Below, piece by piece: positions 1 to 11,495 of a stretch of 64,000 nucleotides of DNA. Each line of letters starts with the position of its first letter. The stretch's first letter is position 1. The stretch comes from Mobula hypostoma (lineage: Eukaryota), in contig NC_086101.1 of assembly GCF_963921235.1 (NCBI RefSeq), positions 10,542,001 to 10,606,000 on the forward strand, in the 5' to 3' direction. Under the pieces are notes generated by a model. It made no database searches and was not told the DNA's origin. It worked only from the letters and a program-made list of their open reading frames with translations. Made by a program: the position numbers and the translations under genes.

Positions 1-435
1 CCATTCCACGCACTCACCACTCTCTGCGTACATCTCCTCTGTACCTACTTCCAAATACCTTAAAACTACGCCCTCTCGTGCTAGCCACTTCAATCCAGGG
101 AAAAAGCCTCTGACTATCCACACAATCAATGCCTATCATTATCTTGTACACCTCACTCAGGTCTCCTCTCATCCTCCGTCACTCCAAGGAGAAAAGGCCT
201 CATTCACTCAACCTATTCTCATAAGGCATGCTCCCCAATCCAGGCAACATTCTTGTAAATCTCCTCTGCACCTTTTCTAAGGTTTCCACGTCCTTTCTGT
301 AGTGAGACAACCAGAACTGAGCACAGTACTCCAAGTGGGGTCTGAACAGTGTCCAATATAGCTGCAACATTGCCTCTCAGCTCTTAAACTCAATCCTATG
401 ATTGATGAAGGCCAATGCACCGTATGCCTTTTTAA
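1..435 (-). mobile_element. CR1 LINE fragment (ORF2 C-terminal region), decayed
   Basis: Reverse strand encodes CR1 motifs (RPHLEYCAQFWLSH, RVVSAWN) similar to the other CR1 copies in the window. Confidence 0.85.
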
Positions 436-599
436 ACTCAGAGTTTAAAACCATGTGGGTGGAGCCTATTTGAGGGGGGTAAGAAAGGGCCATGTAAATC
501 ACGTCAGGAACAGCGCCTGGACAAAGCATTAGGTGCACCTGACCACCACCGAACACCACAACCCTCACCACAGATCAATGGCAGGTCTCCACAAACATA

Positions 600-1058
600 C
601 AGTGAGAAGATCCATCTCTGGCTCCTCTGTATACTCTGGTGAAGCGGGAGAATGACAAGGGTTCCTTTAGCTGTAAAGATAACTACATGATGGAAAATGA
701 CATCTTATATCTGGCGGATACCCCTGACAACCAATTGGTAGGACCCACCTGTTCCAGTCCCCTTATTTTACGTCTTGCTCAGACCATCCCCTGAGCTGGT
801 CGTTTGGGTCAGAAAACCTACCTGAGAGTAAACCACAGATTATATTGGCCATCTATGTATGCTGATGCCCAGCAATATTGTACTTTCTACCATGAGTGCC
901 AAAAGACCTGCCACATCCGACACATGGACAGAGTCTCACTACAGCCTTTGCCCATCCACCCCATTCAAACGTATTGCTATGGACATTGTAGGCCCTCTAG
1001 AGAAAAGCAGCTCTGGTTTACGTTATATTTTGGTCATTTCTGACTATGCTACCCAGTT
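600..1058 (+). mobile_element. Gypsy (Gmr1-like) integrase fragment, frameshifted
   Basis: ORFs 804-1043 and 859-1107 give zinc-binding remnants (LYWPSMYADAQQYC..CQKT) and the core start PFKRIAMDIVGPLEKSSSGLRYILVISDYAT. Confidence 0.85.
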
Positions 1059-2524
1059 CCACAAGATCACAAGACAAAGAAGCAGATGTAGGCCATTCGG
1101 CCCATAGAGTCTGCTCTGCCACTCCACCATGAGCTAAACTATTCTCCCATCTAGTTCCAATTTAAGGCTTTTCCCCATATCCTTTGATACCCCGACTAAT
1201 TAGATACCTATCAATCTCCTCCTTAAACACCCTCAATGATCGGGCCTCCACAGCTGTACGTGGCAACGAATTCCATAATTCCACGACCCTCTGGCTAAAA
1301 AAATTTCTCCTCATCTCTGTTTTAAATGGGTACCCTCTAATTCTAAAACTGTGGCCTCTTGTCTTGGACTCACCCACCAAGAGAGACAGCCCTTCCACAT
1401 GTACTCTATCCAACCCTTTCAACATTCGAAATGTTTCTATGAGATCCCCTCTCATTCTTCTATACTCTAGTGAATACAGTCCAAGAGCCGACAGATGCTC
1501 CTCATATGTTAGCCCCTGCATTCCAGGAGTCATCCTCGTAAATCTTCTCTGAACTCTCTCCAACATCAGTATATCCTTTCTAAGATAGGGGGCCCAAAAC
1601 TGCACACAGTATTCCAAATGAGGTCTCACCAGTGCCCCATAGAGCCTCATCAACACCTCCTTACTCTTATACACTATTCCTCTTGAAATGAATGCCAACA
1701 TAGCATTCGCTTTCCTTACTGCCGATCCAACCTGGTGGTTAACCTTTAGGGTATCCTGCACGAGGACCCCCAAGTCCCTTTGCACTTCCGATTTTTGAAT
1801 TTTCTCCCCATCTAAATAATAATCTGCCCGACTATTTCTTCTTCCACAATGTACAACCCTACATTTCTCAACATTGTATCTCATCTGCCATTTCTTTGCC
1901 CACTCTCCTAAACTGACCAAGTCTCTCTGCAACCTTTCCGTTTCTTCAACACTTCCTGCTCCTCCACCTATTGAAGTTGAAATATCCTTATTGTCACTGC
2001 ATAGTACAATTTGTCATGCACCAACACAGTGAAAATGAGTTGGCAACTCATACTCAATACTGTAAAACAACAAGTAAAATAAACAAACAATAAATAAAAT
2101 CAAGTAACCAGCCAGTACAAGCAATGTCCAGCAGTACAAAAGCACAACTCAGATGCACGACAGCCATAAATCTGGTAAAGTAGCAATATAACAAATTTAT
2201 GGATGATGCTTGATTGATTGGTTCAGAGCAATTATAGCTCTGGGGAAAAGCTATTTTTCAGTCTGGAAGTGCGGGCATAGAAAATCTTATAACGTCTGCC
2301 AGATGGAAGAAGTTCAAACAGATGATTGCATGGGTGTGTATTGTCCTTACAGATGCTTGTAGCTTTCCTTAGGCAGCGAGAGCTGTAGGTGTCCTCCAGG
2401 ACTGGGAGCTGTGTCCCGATGACGTTCTGTGCGCTAGAGACGACCCGCTGAAATGCTTTCCTATCAGCTGCTGTACAACTGAGATACCACACAGAGACGC
2501 AGCATATTAAGATGCTCTCTATGG

Positions 2525-3427
2525 ATGTTTCCTACGGCGGGGGCATCCAGAACTGGAGGGCACAGACTCAAAATTGAGGGGTGACCCTTTAGAACAGAAG
2601 GAAGGAGGGTTTTTTTTTAGCCAGAGAGTGGTGAATCTGTGGAATGCTCTGCCACAGACTGCTGTAGAGGCCAAGAACGTGGGTACATTTAAAGCAGAAG
2701 ATGATAGATTCCTGATTGGTCAGAGCATCAAGGGACATGGTAAGAGGGCAGGTGTATAGGGTTGAATGGGATCCTGGATCAGCCATGATAAAATGGTGGA
2801 GATGACTAGATGGGCTGAATGGCCTAATTCTGCTCCTATGTCTTATGGTCTTACGGTCTTAAATAAGAAGTAGGATAGACAAAGGAGAATTGGTTGATGT
2901 TGTGTACTTGGATTTTCGGAAGGCCTTTGATGAGATGCCACACTTGACGTTGTTGAACAGGCTACAAGCCCCTGGTATTACAGGAAAGGTATGAGTGTGG
3001 ATAAAGCTGTGGCTGATTGGAAGGAGGCAAAGAGTGAGAATAAAGGGAGCATTTTCTGGGTGGCTACTGGTGATCATTGGTGCTCCACAGAGGTCTGTGT
3101 TGTGACAGATTCTTTTTACGTTACACGTCAATGATTTGGATGATGGAATTGATGGCTCTGCTGCAAAGCTTACAGATGAAATGAAGATAGGTGGAGGGGA
3201 GGTAATTTTGAGGAAGTAGAGGAGGACTTAGACAGATTAGGAGAGTGGGTAAAGGAATGGCAGATGGAATACAGTGTTGGGAGTGTATGATCATGCACTT
3301 TGGAAGAAGAAATGAAAGGGCTAACTATTTTCTAAATGAAGAGAAACTACAAAAAACTTAGGTGCAAAGTGACTTGAGAATCTTTGTGTGGGATTCCCTA
3401 AAGGCTAATTTGCAGATTGAATCTGTA
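2525..3427 (+). mobile_element. Two decayed CR1 fragments (3' end 2525-2860; RT part 2860-3427)
   Basis: FSQRVVNLWNALPQ followed by a CR1 3' tail (TCTTATGG), then VYLDFRKAFD and onward. Confidence 0.85.
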
Positions 3428-3460
3428 GTTTTACACGAACTAAGAAAGTTTATTTTTAAG

Positions 3461-3655
3461 TGTAGCCCCCCCCCCCCGCCCCGGCCACCCTCAGGGTCGC
3501 TCGGCTCGCTGTCGTCTAGGGAAACAGCCTCAGCCCCGCCAAACTGGGTAAGTTGTTTGTGTGGATGCTGTGTGAGGTACCCACCCCGCCCAAATAATGG
3601 ACAATACTCCAGATGCAATTAAATGATTTACAGTTTATAGATATTACTGGAACTA
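3461..3655. mobile_element. Probable LTR fragment
   Basis: Non-coding, GC-rich segment starting TGTAG, unrelated to the flanking LINEs; the other end is missing. Confidence 0.4.
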
Positions 3656-5836
3656 TGGTGCAGCGGTAAAAGGTCACCAGCGTCTGCTCAGGTAGAGCTT
3701 TCTTCAGTGTCCTGAGGAAAAACAACCATTGTTGTGATTTCTTAAGTATTGTAGTGGTGTTAGTGGACCATGTAAATTCTTCTGAGATGTGTATTCCCAG
3801 AAACCTGAAACTGGACACTCTGTCCACGGTGTCTCCGTTAATGTAAACTGGAGCGTACTCGTTATCCTGTGACTCTCCAAAGTTGATAATTAGCTCCTTA
3901 GTCTTTGCTGTATTAAGAGACAGGTTGTTCTCTGAGCACCAGCTCACTAAGTTCTGTACCTCCCCTCTGTATGCTGATTCATCTCTGTTGGAGATCAACC
4001 CGATCACTGTTGTGTTAGCTGCAAATTTGACGAAGGTATTGGTGTTACATGCAGGTACACAGTCGTAAGTGAAGAGGGAGTAGAGTATGGGACTCAATAC
4101 ACAACCTTGTGGTGTACCAGTGTTGAGGATAGTAGTGGAGGACAGGTGAAGGCCCAGTCTCACTGCCTGGGAACGCTCTGACAAGAAATTCAGGACCCAG
4201 TTGCAGAGTGATGAGCTGAGGCCTAGCTGGTGGAGTTTGGAGATGAGCTTGCTGGGGATGACAGTATTAAAAGCAGAGTTATAATCAACAAACAACATCC
4301 ACACATATGTGCCCTTTCCCTCCAGGTGGTCAGCACATTGTTAAGAGCTAATGTCTTGGTGTCATCCGCAAACTTAGCCACAAAACCATTTAATCCATAA
4401 CCTAAATCATTGATATACATCGTAAAATTAAACGACCCAACACCGACCCCTGCGGAACATCACTAGTAACCGGCAACCAATCAGAATAGGATCCCTTTAT
4501 TCCCAGCCTTTGCTTTCTGCCTATCAGCCAATGCTCCACCCATTCCCATATCTTTCCTGTAATTCCATGAGCTCTCATGTTATTAAGCAACCTCTTATGC
4601 GGCACCTTATCGAAGGCCTTTTGAAAATCCAAATACACAACATCCACAGTCTCTCCCTTGTCAATCTTATTTGAGATTACTTCAAAAAATTCCAATAGGT
4701 TGGTGAGGCAGGATCTTCCTTTCATGAAACCATGCTGGCTTGGGCCTATGTTGTCATGTACCTCGAGGTATTTCATAACCTCGTCCTTGAGGATCGACTC
4801 CAATAACTTTCCAACTACCAATGTCAGACTAATAGGTCTGTAATTTTCTTTGTGCTGCCTCCCTCCTTTCTTAAACAGCGGAACTATATTTGCGACCTTC
4901 CAGTCCTCCGGAACCATGCCAGAGTCTATTGATTCCTGGAAGATCATTTCCAATGCCTCTACAACCTCCAAAGCCACCTCCTTCAGAACCCGTGGGTGCA
5001 CCTCATCTGGTCCGGGAGACTTATCTATTCTTAGTCCACTTAGCTTCCCAAGCACTTTCTCTCTAGTAATCTTGACTGTACCTAATTCTATTCCCTGAGA
5101 CCTCTGGCTATCAGGTATGTTGCTAATGTGAAGACTGTGAAGACTGATGCAAAATACTCATTCAGCTCCTCTGCCATCTCTTTGTTATCCATTATAATTT
5201 CTCCAGCATCATTTTCAATCGGTCCTATATCTACCCGTGTCACTATTTTACTCTTCATATATTTAAAAAACTCTTAGTATCCTTTTGTATGTTAATTGCC
5301 AACTTCCTTTCATAATTCATCTTTTCTTTCCTAATGACTATTTTAGTTTCCTTCTGTAAGTTTTTAAAATTCGTCCAGTCCTCAGTTTTCCTACTAATTT
5401 TTGCTTCTTCGTACGCCATCTTTTTTGCTTTTATTTTAGCCTTAACCTCTCTCGGTAGCCACATTTGTGCCATTTTTCCATTCATGATTTTCTTTTTACT
5501 TGGAATATATTTTTCCTGCACTTTCCTTATTTCTTGAAGGAATTTCATCCAATTCTGCTCTACCGTCCCTCCATCTAGCTTACTTTTCCAATTGATTTGA
5601 GCCAGTTCCTCTCTCATACCCAAGTAATTTCCCCTGTTCCACTGAAATATCGATACACCTGATTTCATCTTCTCCTTTTCGAATTTGAAACTGAACTCAA
5701 TGATTATTGGACTGTACTTTAAATTGATTTTCTTCAGTTTTTCAGTGTTTTTTTTTGTTGTGTCTGATTGGCAGGTGGGTGATCTGTTATTTTTTTGTGT
5801 GTAATGGGGGATTGGGGATTTGGTGCTGTTGTCGCT

Positions 5837-6016
5837 GTTCTTTTCTGTGAGTGATGGGTCGGGGATTGTTCTTGTCGTAGTGTTTTTGCTGCGGGGAGAG
5901 GGGGAGGTTTGGGATCTGCGAGCTTTGTTCTTTTCTGCGAGTGATGGGTCGGGATTGTTCTTGTCGTAATGTTTTTGCTGCAGGGAGAGGGGGAGGTTTG
6001 GGATCTGCGAGCTTTG
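5837..6016 (+). repeat. Tandem duplication, two ~90-bp units, inside a T-rich LINE 3'-UTR-like segment (about 5710-6185)
   Basis: GTGATGGGTC...GGGGGAGGTTTGGGATCTGCGAGCTTTG starts at 5851 and again at 5941. The segment ends with AATAAA plus short (TTGAAC)-type repeats. Confidence 0.85.
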
Positions 6017-6478
6017 ATCTTTTCTTTCTTGTGCTCTTCGGTGTTGGCTTTTTTCATCAACACTCGTAGTCTGTATTTAATGGCTATCTGGAGTCGACAA
6101 ATATCGGAGCTGTATTGTACATGCATAATTTGACAATAAAATGAACCTTTGAACCTCTGATAATAAATGTACTTTGAATCGTTGAATACATTGTGTAAAC
6201 AACAAAGTATGCTTAAACAGAATATTTACAATATTTTTCAAATATTACTGAAATACTAAGTACACAACAACTTCCACACACTAACCCACCACTTCACACA
6301 CTCAACCATCATTTGATTATTTCCTGTCGGTCAGTCTTTGCACAGACACTCCTGTGCCTAGCGTTACTTCATGGACACACAATCAATCTTTGTCCATAAG
6401 CAATCTTAATATTTACATTTAAGGCATTCTTATTTTATTGTGTTTTTTTTGTGTTTCTCAGATCTGGTGTAACAATTA

Positions 6479-7206
6479 TGTGACTGAACAGGTTGGCAAT
6501 GCTAATTCCCCTGCTAACCTTCCCCCTTTGCCCGGTTAGTCACTCCCCTCGTTCTGTCCCTGGTCAAGTTTCCCCAGTAGTTCACACACTTTGCCCTCCC
6601 ATTCTGCAGTTGTTGGGAGTTCACCATTTACACACCCCAACAGTAAAACAATCACTAGCTTGGCTAATCAAAACAGTCCCTTCAGTTAGTCTGCTCTACA
6701 TAAGAGTAAGGATTCTAGACACGGGCGTTCCAAACGGTTTCATTTCTTTCCACTCACTCTGTCACATCGATTTGCAGACCGCAGAACAGTCCCAGAAGAC
6801 CCGAGAGATAGTTTTGGGCACCCTAAAATAATGCCTGGATTAGTGGGAGCAGACTCACTGCCCCTACGCAGGCAGATTTTAAACCCTCAGCTTGGCTTTG
6901 CTGAAGAGGTCTGGAGGTTGGATTTGACGGTTGGTGAATAGTTTTATTGGAAAGTTAATGACAAAGTCTATCATGGAGAAAGGCTCCATATATTTGTAAA
7001 TTGTTGTACGTTTGTTTTCACTTGTCTGTTTGTAAATATCTGTACTTTTTTTCTTCACAACTTTTGGGCAGCTTTGGTTCTTTTTTTAACTTGGCACCAA
7101 ATAAAACCCCTTGCACTCACGTGTGTTGCTGCTTACCATCTGTTTTTTTTTCCAACCGGTGACCCTCGTCGGGCAGCTCACCCACACCTGATAGCGAGGT
7201 GTGACA
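6479..7206 (+). mobile_element. Solo LTR (~730 bp) inserted in a LINE 3' tail
   Basis: Ends TGTGAC...GTGACA, flanked by AATTA/AGTTA (5-bp TSD, one mismatch), with AATAAA near 7100. The flanks rejoin as a Rex1/L2-type tail. Confidence 0.7.
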
Positions 7207-7264
7207 AGTTATTTTGTACTATTTTGCACTTGTGTACAGGAAATTACATCTTGAATCTGAAACT

Positions 7265-7910
7265 TAGTGCCTTCCACATGATTTTTGACCAAAAATACTT
7301 AATGAGCTCGTCTGCCTCTTCTTTGACCCCCTCCCCCCACTGTTACTGACTCTCCAGCTTCATTTTCCAGCAGTCCAATACCCACTCTATCCTCCCTGTT
7401 ACTCATTATATATCTGAATAATCTTCTCGTCTCCTCTTTAATCTTATTAGCTAGCATAACTTCATATTTCATCTTTTCTCTTCTTATTTATTTTTTTAGT
7501 TGCCTTCTGTTGGTTTTCAGAAGCTTCCCAATGCTCTAGCTTCCCTCTATTTGCTACATTATATGCCCTCTTTTTATTTTTATTTCTGCTGTCCTTCGTA
7601 AATAGAGACCCTACATCAGTTATACTCACAGCTCAGGATGATACAAAATTCTCTGCAAAGCTCCTTACCATCTCCTCCCTTGGTTCACATAACATCCTAA
7701 AATACAGTTCAAGGATTAATCCACCCTTATGCATTTCAGGAACTCCAAAACTTCATAATATTGATGGGTTCCTGGATTTCATTATTTTCTTCCCTAACTT
7801 CACCAGCTTTCATGTCCTTATCCTTACACCAGTCTTTGCCCATTTCCCATCGCTCCAAACAGACACCATATTGATCCTAAAGGGGACCTGCTCTTGCCCC
7901 AGATACTTTT
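7265..7910 (-). mobile_element. Heavily decayed CR1 fragments
   Basis: Nucleotide similarity to the CR1 ORF2 linker region of better-preserved copies (e.g. 5150-5450). Confidence 0.6.
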
Positions 7911-8007
7911 TTGCTATTAAACTGTGTTAAGATACTGTGCAAGAAATTGAAACTTTTGGTAATAAGGAACTCACTTTATCCCAGATTTCAGGTTTTCACT
8001 CCATGAA

Positions 8008-10505
8008 TAAAGACAATAGACAAGAGACAATAGGTGCAGGAGAAGGCCATTCGGCCCTTCGAGCCAGCACCACTATTCACTGTGATCATGGCTGATCATC
8101 CACTATCAGTATCTAGTTCCTGCCTTATCTCCATAACCTTTGATTCCGCTATCTTTAAGAGCTCTATCCATCTCTCTTTTGAAAGCATCCAGAGACTCGG
8201 CCTCCACAGCCTTCTGGGGCAGAGCATTCCATATATCCACCATTCTATGGGTGAAAAAGTTTTTTCTCAGCTCCGTTCTAAGTGGCCTACCCCTAATTCT
8301 TAAACTGTGGCCTCTGGTTCTGGACTCACCCATCAGCGGGAACATGCTTCCTGCCTCCAGCGTGTCCAATCCTGTAATAATCTTATATATTTCAATAAGA
8401 TCCCCTCTCAGCCTTCTAAATTCCAGAGTATACAAGCCCAGTCGCTCCAATCTTTCGACATATGACAGTCCCGCCATCCTGGGAATTAACCTTGTGAACC
8501 TACGCTGCACTTCCTCAATAGTAAGAATGTCCTTCCTCAAATTTGGAGACCAAAACTGCACACAGTACTCCAGGTGTGGTCTTACCAGGGCCCTGTACAG
8601 CTGCAGAAGGACCTCTTTGCTCTTATACTCAATTCCCCTTGTTATGAAGGCCAGCATGCCATTAGCTTTCTTCACTGCCTGCTGTACTTGCATGCTTGCT
8701 TTCAGTGACTGATGTACAAGAACACCTAGATCTCGTTGTGCTTCCCCTTTTCCTAACTTGACTCCATTTAGATAATAATCTGCCTTCCCATTCTTACCAC
8801 CAAAGTGGATAACCTCACATTTATCCACATTAAAATGCATCTGCCATGCATTTGCCCACTCACCCAGCCTCTCCAAGACACACTGCATTCTCATAACATC
8901 CTCCTCACATTTCACACTGCCACCCAGCTTTGTGTCATCAGCAAATTTGCTAATGCTACTTTTAATTCCCTCATCTAAATCATTAATATATATTGTAAAG
9001 AGCTGCGGTCCCAGCACTGAACCCTGCAGTACCCCACTGGTCACCGCCTGCCATTCTGAAAGGGACCCGTTAATCACTACTCTTTGTTTTCTGTCAGCCA
9101 GCCAATTTTCAATCCATGTCAGTACTCTGCCCCCAATACCATGTGCCCTAATTTTGCCCAGTAATCTCCTATGTGGGACTTTATCAAAGGCTTTCTGAAA
9201 GTCCAGGTACACTACATCCACTGGCTCTCCCTTGTCCATTTTCATAGTTACATCCTCAAAAACTTCCAGAAGATTAGTCAAGCACGATTTCCCCTTCGTA
9301 AATCCATGCTGACTCGGACCAATCCTGTTACTACTATCCAGATGTGCCGTAATTTCACTTTTTATAATTGACTCCAGCATCTTTCCCACCACCGGCGTCA
9401 GGCTAACCGGTCTATAATTCCCTGTTTTCTCTCTTCCTCCCTTCTTGAAGAGAGGGACAACATTAGTCACCCTCCAATCCACAGGAACTGATCCTGGATC
9501 TATAGAACATTGGAAAATGATTACCAATGCATCCCTGATTTCTAAAGCCTCCTCCTTAAGTACCCTGGGATGCAGACCATCAGGTCCTAGGGACTTATCA
9601 GCCTTCAGACCCAACAGCCTATCCAACACCATTTCCTGCCTAATATAAATTTCTTTCAATTCATCCATTATCCTAGGTCCTTTGGCCACTATTACATCTG
9701 GGAGATTGTTTGTGTCTTCTCTAGTGAAGACAGATCCAAAGTTCCTGTTCAACTCGTCTGCCATTTCCTTGTTCCCCATAATAAATTCACCCGCTTCTGT
9801 CTTCAAGGGCCCAATTTTGGTCTTAACTATTTTTTTTTTCCTTTTCACATACCTAAAGAAGCTTTTACTATCCTCCTTTATATTCCTGGCTAGTTTACCT
9901 TCGTGCCTCATTTTCTCTCCGCGTATTGCCTTTTTAGTTACTACCTGTTGCTCTTTAAAACTTTCCCAATCCTCCGGCTTCCTACTCATCTTTGCTATGT
10001 TATATTTCTTCTCTTTTATTTTTATACTGTCCATTACTTCCCTTGTCAGCCACGGCCTCCCCTTATTCCCCTTAGGATCTTTCTTCCTCCTTGGAACGAA
10101 CTGATCCTGCACCTTCCGCATTATTCCCAGAAACACTTGCCATTGCTGTTCCACTGTCATCCCTGCTAGGGTATTGTTCCATTGAACTTTGGCCAGCTCC
10201 TCCCTCATAGCACCATAGTTCCCTTTGTTCAACTGTAATACTGACACTTCCGAGTTTCCCTTCTCTCTCTCAAATTGTAGATTAAAACTTATCATATTAT
10301 GGTCACTACCTCCTAATGGCTCCTTTACCTCCAGGTCCCTGATCAAATCTGCGGTTCATAGCACAACACTAAATCTAGAATTGTGTTCTCTCTGGTAGGC
10401 TCTAGTACAAGCTGTTCTAAGAATCCATCTCGGAGGGACTCCACAAACTCCCTTTCTTGGGGTCCAGTACCAGCCTGTTTCCTCCAGTCTACCTGCATGT
10501 TGAAA
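8008..10505 (-). mobile_element. CR1 LINE, 5'-truncated, well preserved
   Basis: 3' tail (ATAGACA)n at 8008-8033, with ORF2 running from the APE C-terminus (GSDH) through RT. Confidence 0.97.
8106..10346 (-). CDS. CR1 ORF2 segment (end of APE endonuclease plus reverse transcriptase), 746 aa uninterrupted, N-terminally truncated
   Basis: LGGSDHN, NYRPVSLT, YLDFQKAFD, QGSVLGP, KFADDTKLGG, RPHLEYCVQFWSP. Confidence 0.9.
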   Translation of the reverse strand: MIRDLEVKEPLGGSDHNMISFNLQFEREKGNSEVSVLQLNKGNYGAMREELAKVQWNNTLAGMTVEQQWQVFLGIMRKVQDQFVPRRKKDPKGNKGRPWLTREVMDSIKIKEKKYNIAKMSRKPEDWESFKEQQVVTKKAIRGEKMRHEGKLARNIKEDSKSFFRYVKRKKKIVKTKIGPLKTEAGEFIMGNKEMADELNRNFGSVFTREDTNNLPDVIVAKGPRIMDELKEIYIRQEMVLDRLLGLKADKSLGPDGLHPRVLKEEALEIRDALVIIFQCSIDPGSVPVDWRVTNVVPLFKKGGREKTGNYRPVSLTPVVGKMLESIIKSEITAHLDSSNRIGPSQHGFTKGKSCLTNLLEVFEDVTMKMDKGEPVDVVYLDFQKAFDKVPHRRLLGKIRAHGIGGRVLTWIENWLADRKQRVVINGSLSEWQAVTSGVLQGSVLGPQLFTIYINDLDEGIKSSISKFADDTKLGGSVKCEEDVMRMQCVLERLGEWANAWQMHFNVDKCEVIHFGGKNGKADYYLNGVKLGKGEAQRDLGVLVHQSLKASMQVQQAVKKANGMLAFITRGIEYKSKEVLLQLYRALVRPHLEYCVQFWSPNLRKDILTIEEVQRRFTRLIPRMAGLSYVERLERLGLYTLEFRRLRGDLIEIYKIITGLDTLEAGSMFPLMGESRTRGHSLRIRGRPLRTELRKNFFTHRMVDIWNALPQKAVEAESLDAFKREMDRALKDSGIKGYGDKAGTRY

Positions 10506-10906
10506 GGTGCCCAAAGAAAGAGTAAAACTGTGATGTGATTTAACAGGTTTGTTTAAAAACTTATCTTCTTTCTCTCTCCCTCTCTGTCTATATCTTCGAT
10601 TCTCTCATGCCTTCATTTATTCATGAAAAGGTATTGATCTGGTCATAGAAACAAAGTAATAAAAACCACAATTCCATAATAGCGAGATGTAATTCCAATC
10701 AATGTTACAAGTCATGCTGGGCTTACAGATGCCAGGTATGAGATTCCCACATTTTGAAAATAAATAATTAGTGAAGAACATCAATTGGTATTTTGGAAAA
10801 CAGGTTGAGAATGATTGGAGTGTTATTTACTCCATTCTAGAACTTAAATGCAGATATGGAGTAAGGTCTAAAAGTCAAAAGATAGAATAAAAACATAACT
10901 AGCATA

Positions 10907-11120
10907 ATGAATAAACTCTTCCAACTGGTTACAGCTATCGATTTTAACCAACTTTTCAATGACAAACTCTGCTATCTTCATCAGGGATGATGCCAGGGAA
11001 TGTCTAGTCGGTGGTGTGGCAGAGTTTATCATTGAAACTGTGGTTAAAATTGAGACCTGTATGCGGCTGGAAGTCCAAGAAGAGTTTATTCATCATATAT
11101 GCTGGGAAAGCATTAGATCC
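10907..11120. mobile_element. Penelope-derived inverted-repeat remnant with a minimal hammerhead motif on the minus strand
   Basis: 10907-10972 is an imperfect reverse complement of 11019-11093. The minus strand reads CC-CTGATGA-AGATAGCAGAGTTTGTCATT-GAAA-AGTT-GG. Confidence 0.65.
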
Positions 11121-11139
11121 TTTTATAACTAGCATATTT

Positions 11140-11495
11140 TATTTACTTTGATTGATTTACAAAATGAAACAGTATGGAAACAGGCCAGTTGGTCCACAAA
11201 ATTTGTGTTAACATCAAACATCCACTGACATTAATCCTGCCCTCATTCATTTTATTCTAATCATATTCACATCAGCTCCCCAAACTTTCCTCAAGTCGTT
11301 ACACTATTTACAGCAACCAATTAGCCAACCAATCTGAGAGTTTATGGGATGCATGAGTAAACTAAGCATGCAGGGCAATCCTGCACTGTCACAGAGAAAA
11401 TGTGTAAATTCCACAAACAAGGCTTGTGGTCAGGATTACAACTGAGTCCTTTAATCTGCGAACCAATAATACTATATGAGCTGCTGTGTTGCTTT
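11140..11495 (-). mobile_element. V-SINE (HE1-like), decayed
   Basis: Reverse strand has a tRNA-like head, a V-domain-like core (TTCTCTGTGACAGTGCAGG..TTTACTC) and a CR1-like tail. Confidence 0.65.

Larger units (their letters stand above)
1972..4353 (-). mobile_element. Rex1/Babar LINE, 5'-truncated, nested in CR1 and itself interrupted at 2525-3652
   Basis: ORF 3516-4304 ([27 protein letters not shown]) continues in ORF 2232-2492 (HLFELLPSGRRY..RLKNSF). 3' UTR and tail lie at about 1972-2230. Confidence 0.9.
1060..5710 (-). mobile_element. CR1 LINE, 5'-truncated, split by a Rex1 insertion (CR1 parts about 1060-1971 and 4354-5710)
   Basis: ORFs 5255-5668, 4402-5055 and 1162-1932 give contiguous CR1 ORF2 (KSPGPD, YLDFQKAFD, PQGSVLG, FADDTK|IGG). 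The 3' tail is (CACAAGAT)2 at about 1060. The halves rejoin as ...cctccaccta|tcttggtgtcatcc... Confidence 0.93.

Noticed and set aside
5837..6016. CRISPR-like repeat array (also considered for 59174-59275)
   Set aside because: Only two adjacent units, no unique spacers, and a eukaryotic context
5734..6126. 130-aa K/P/T-rich ORF
   Set aside because: Arises from the reverse strand of a T/G-rich LINE UTR containing a tandem duplication
1184..10169. Many plus-strand ORFs opposite CR1/Rex1 ORFs (e.g. 1184-1552, 8140-8712, 9682-10104) and equivalents elsewhere
   Set aside because: Antisense shadows of TE coding sequence, recurring in each TE copy
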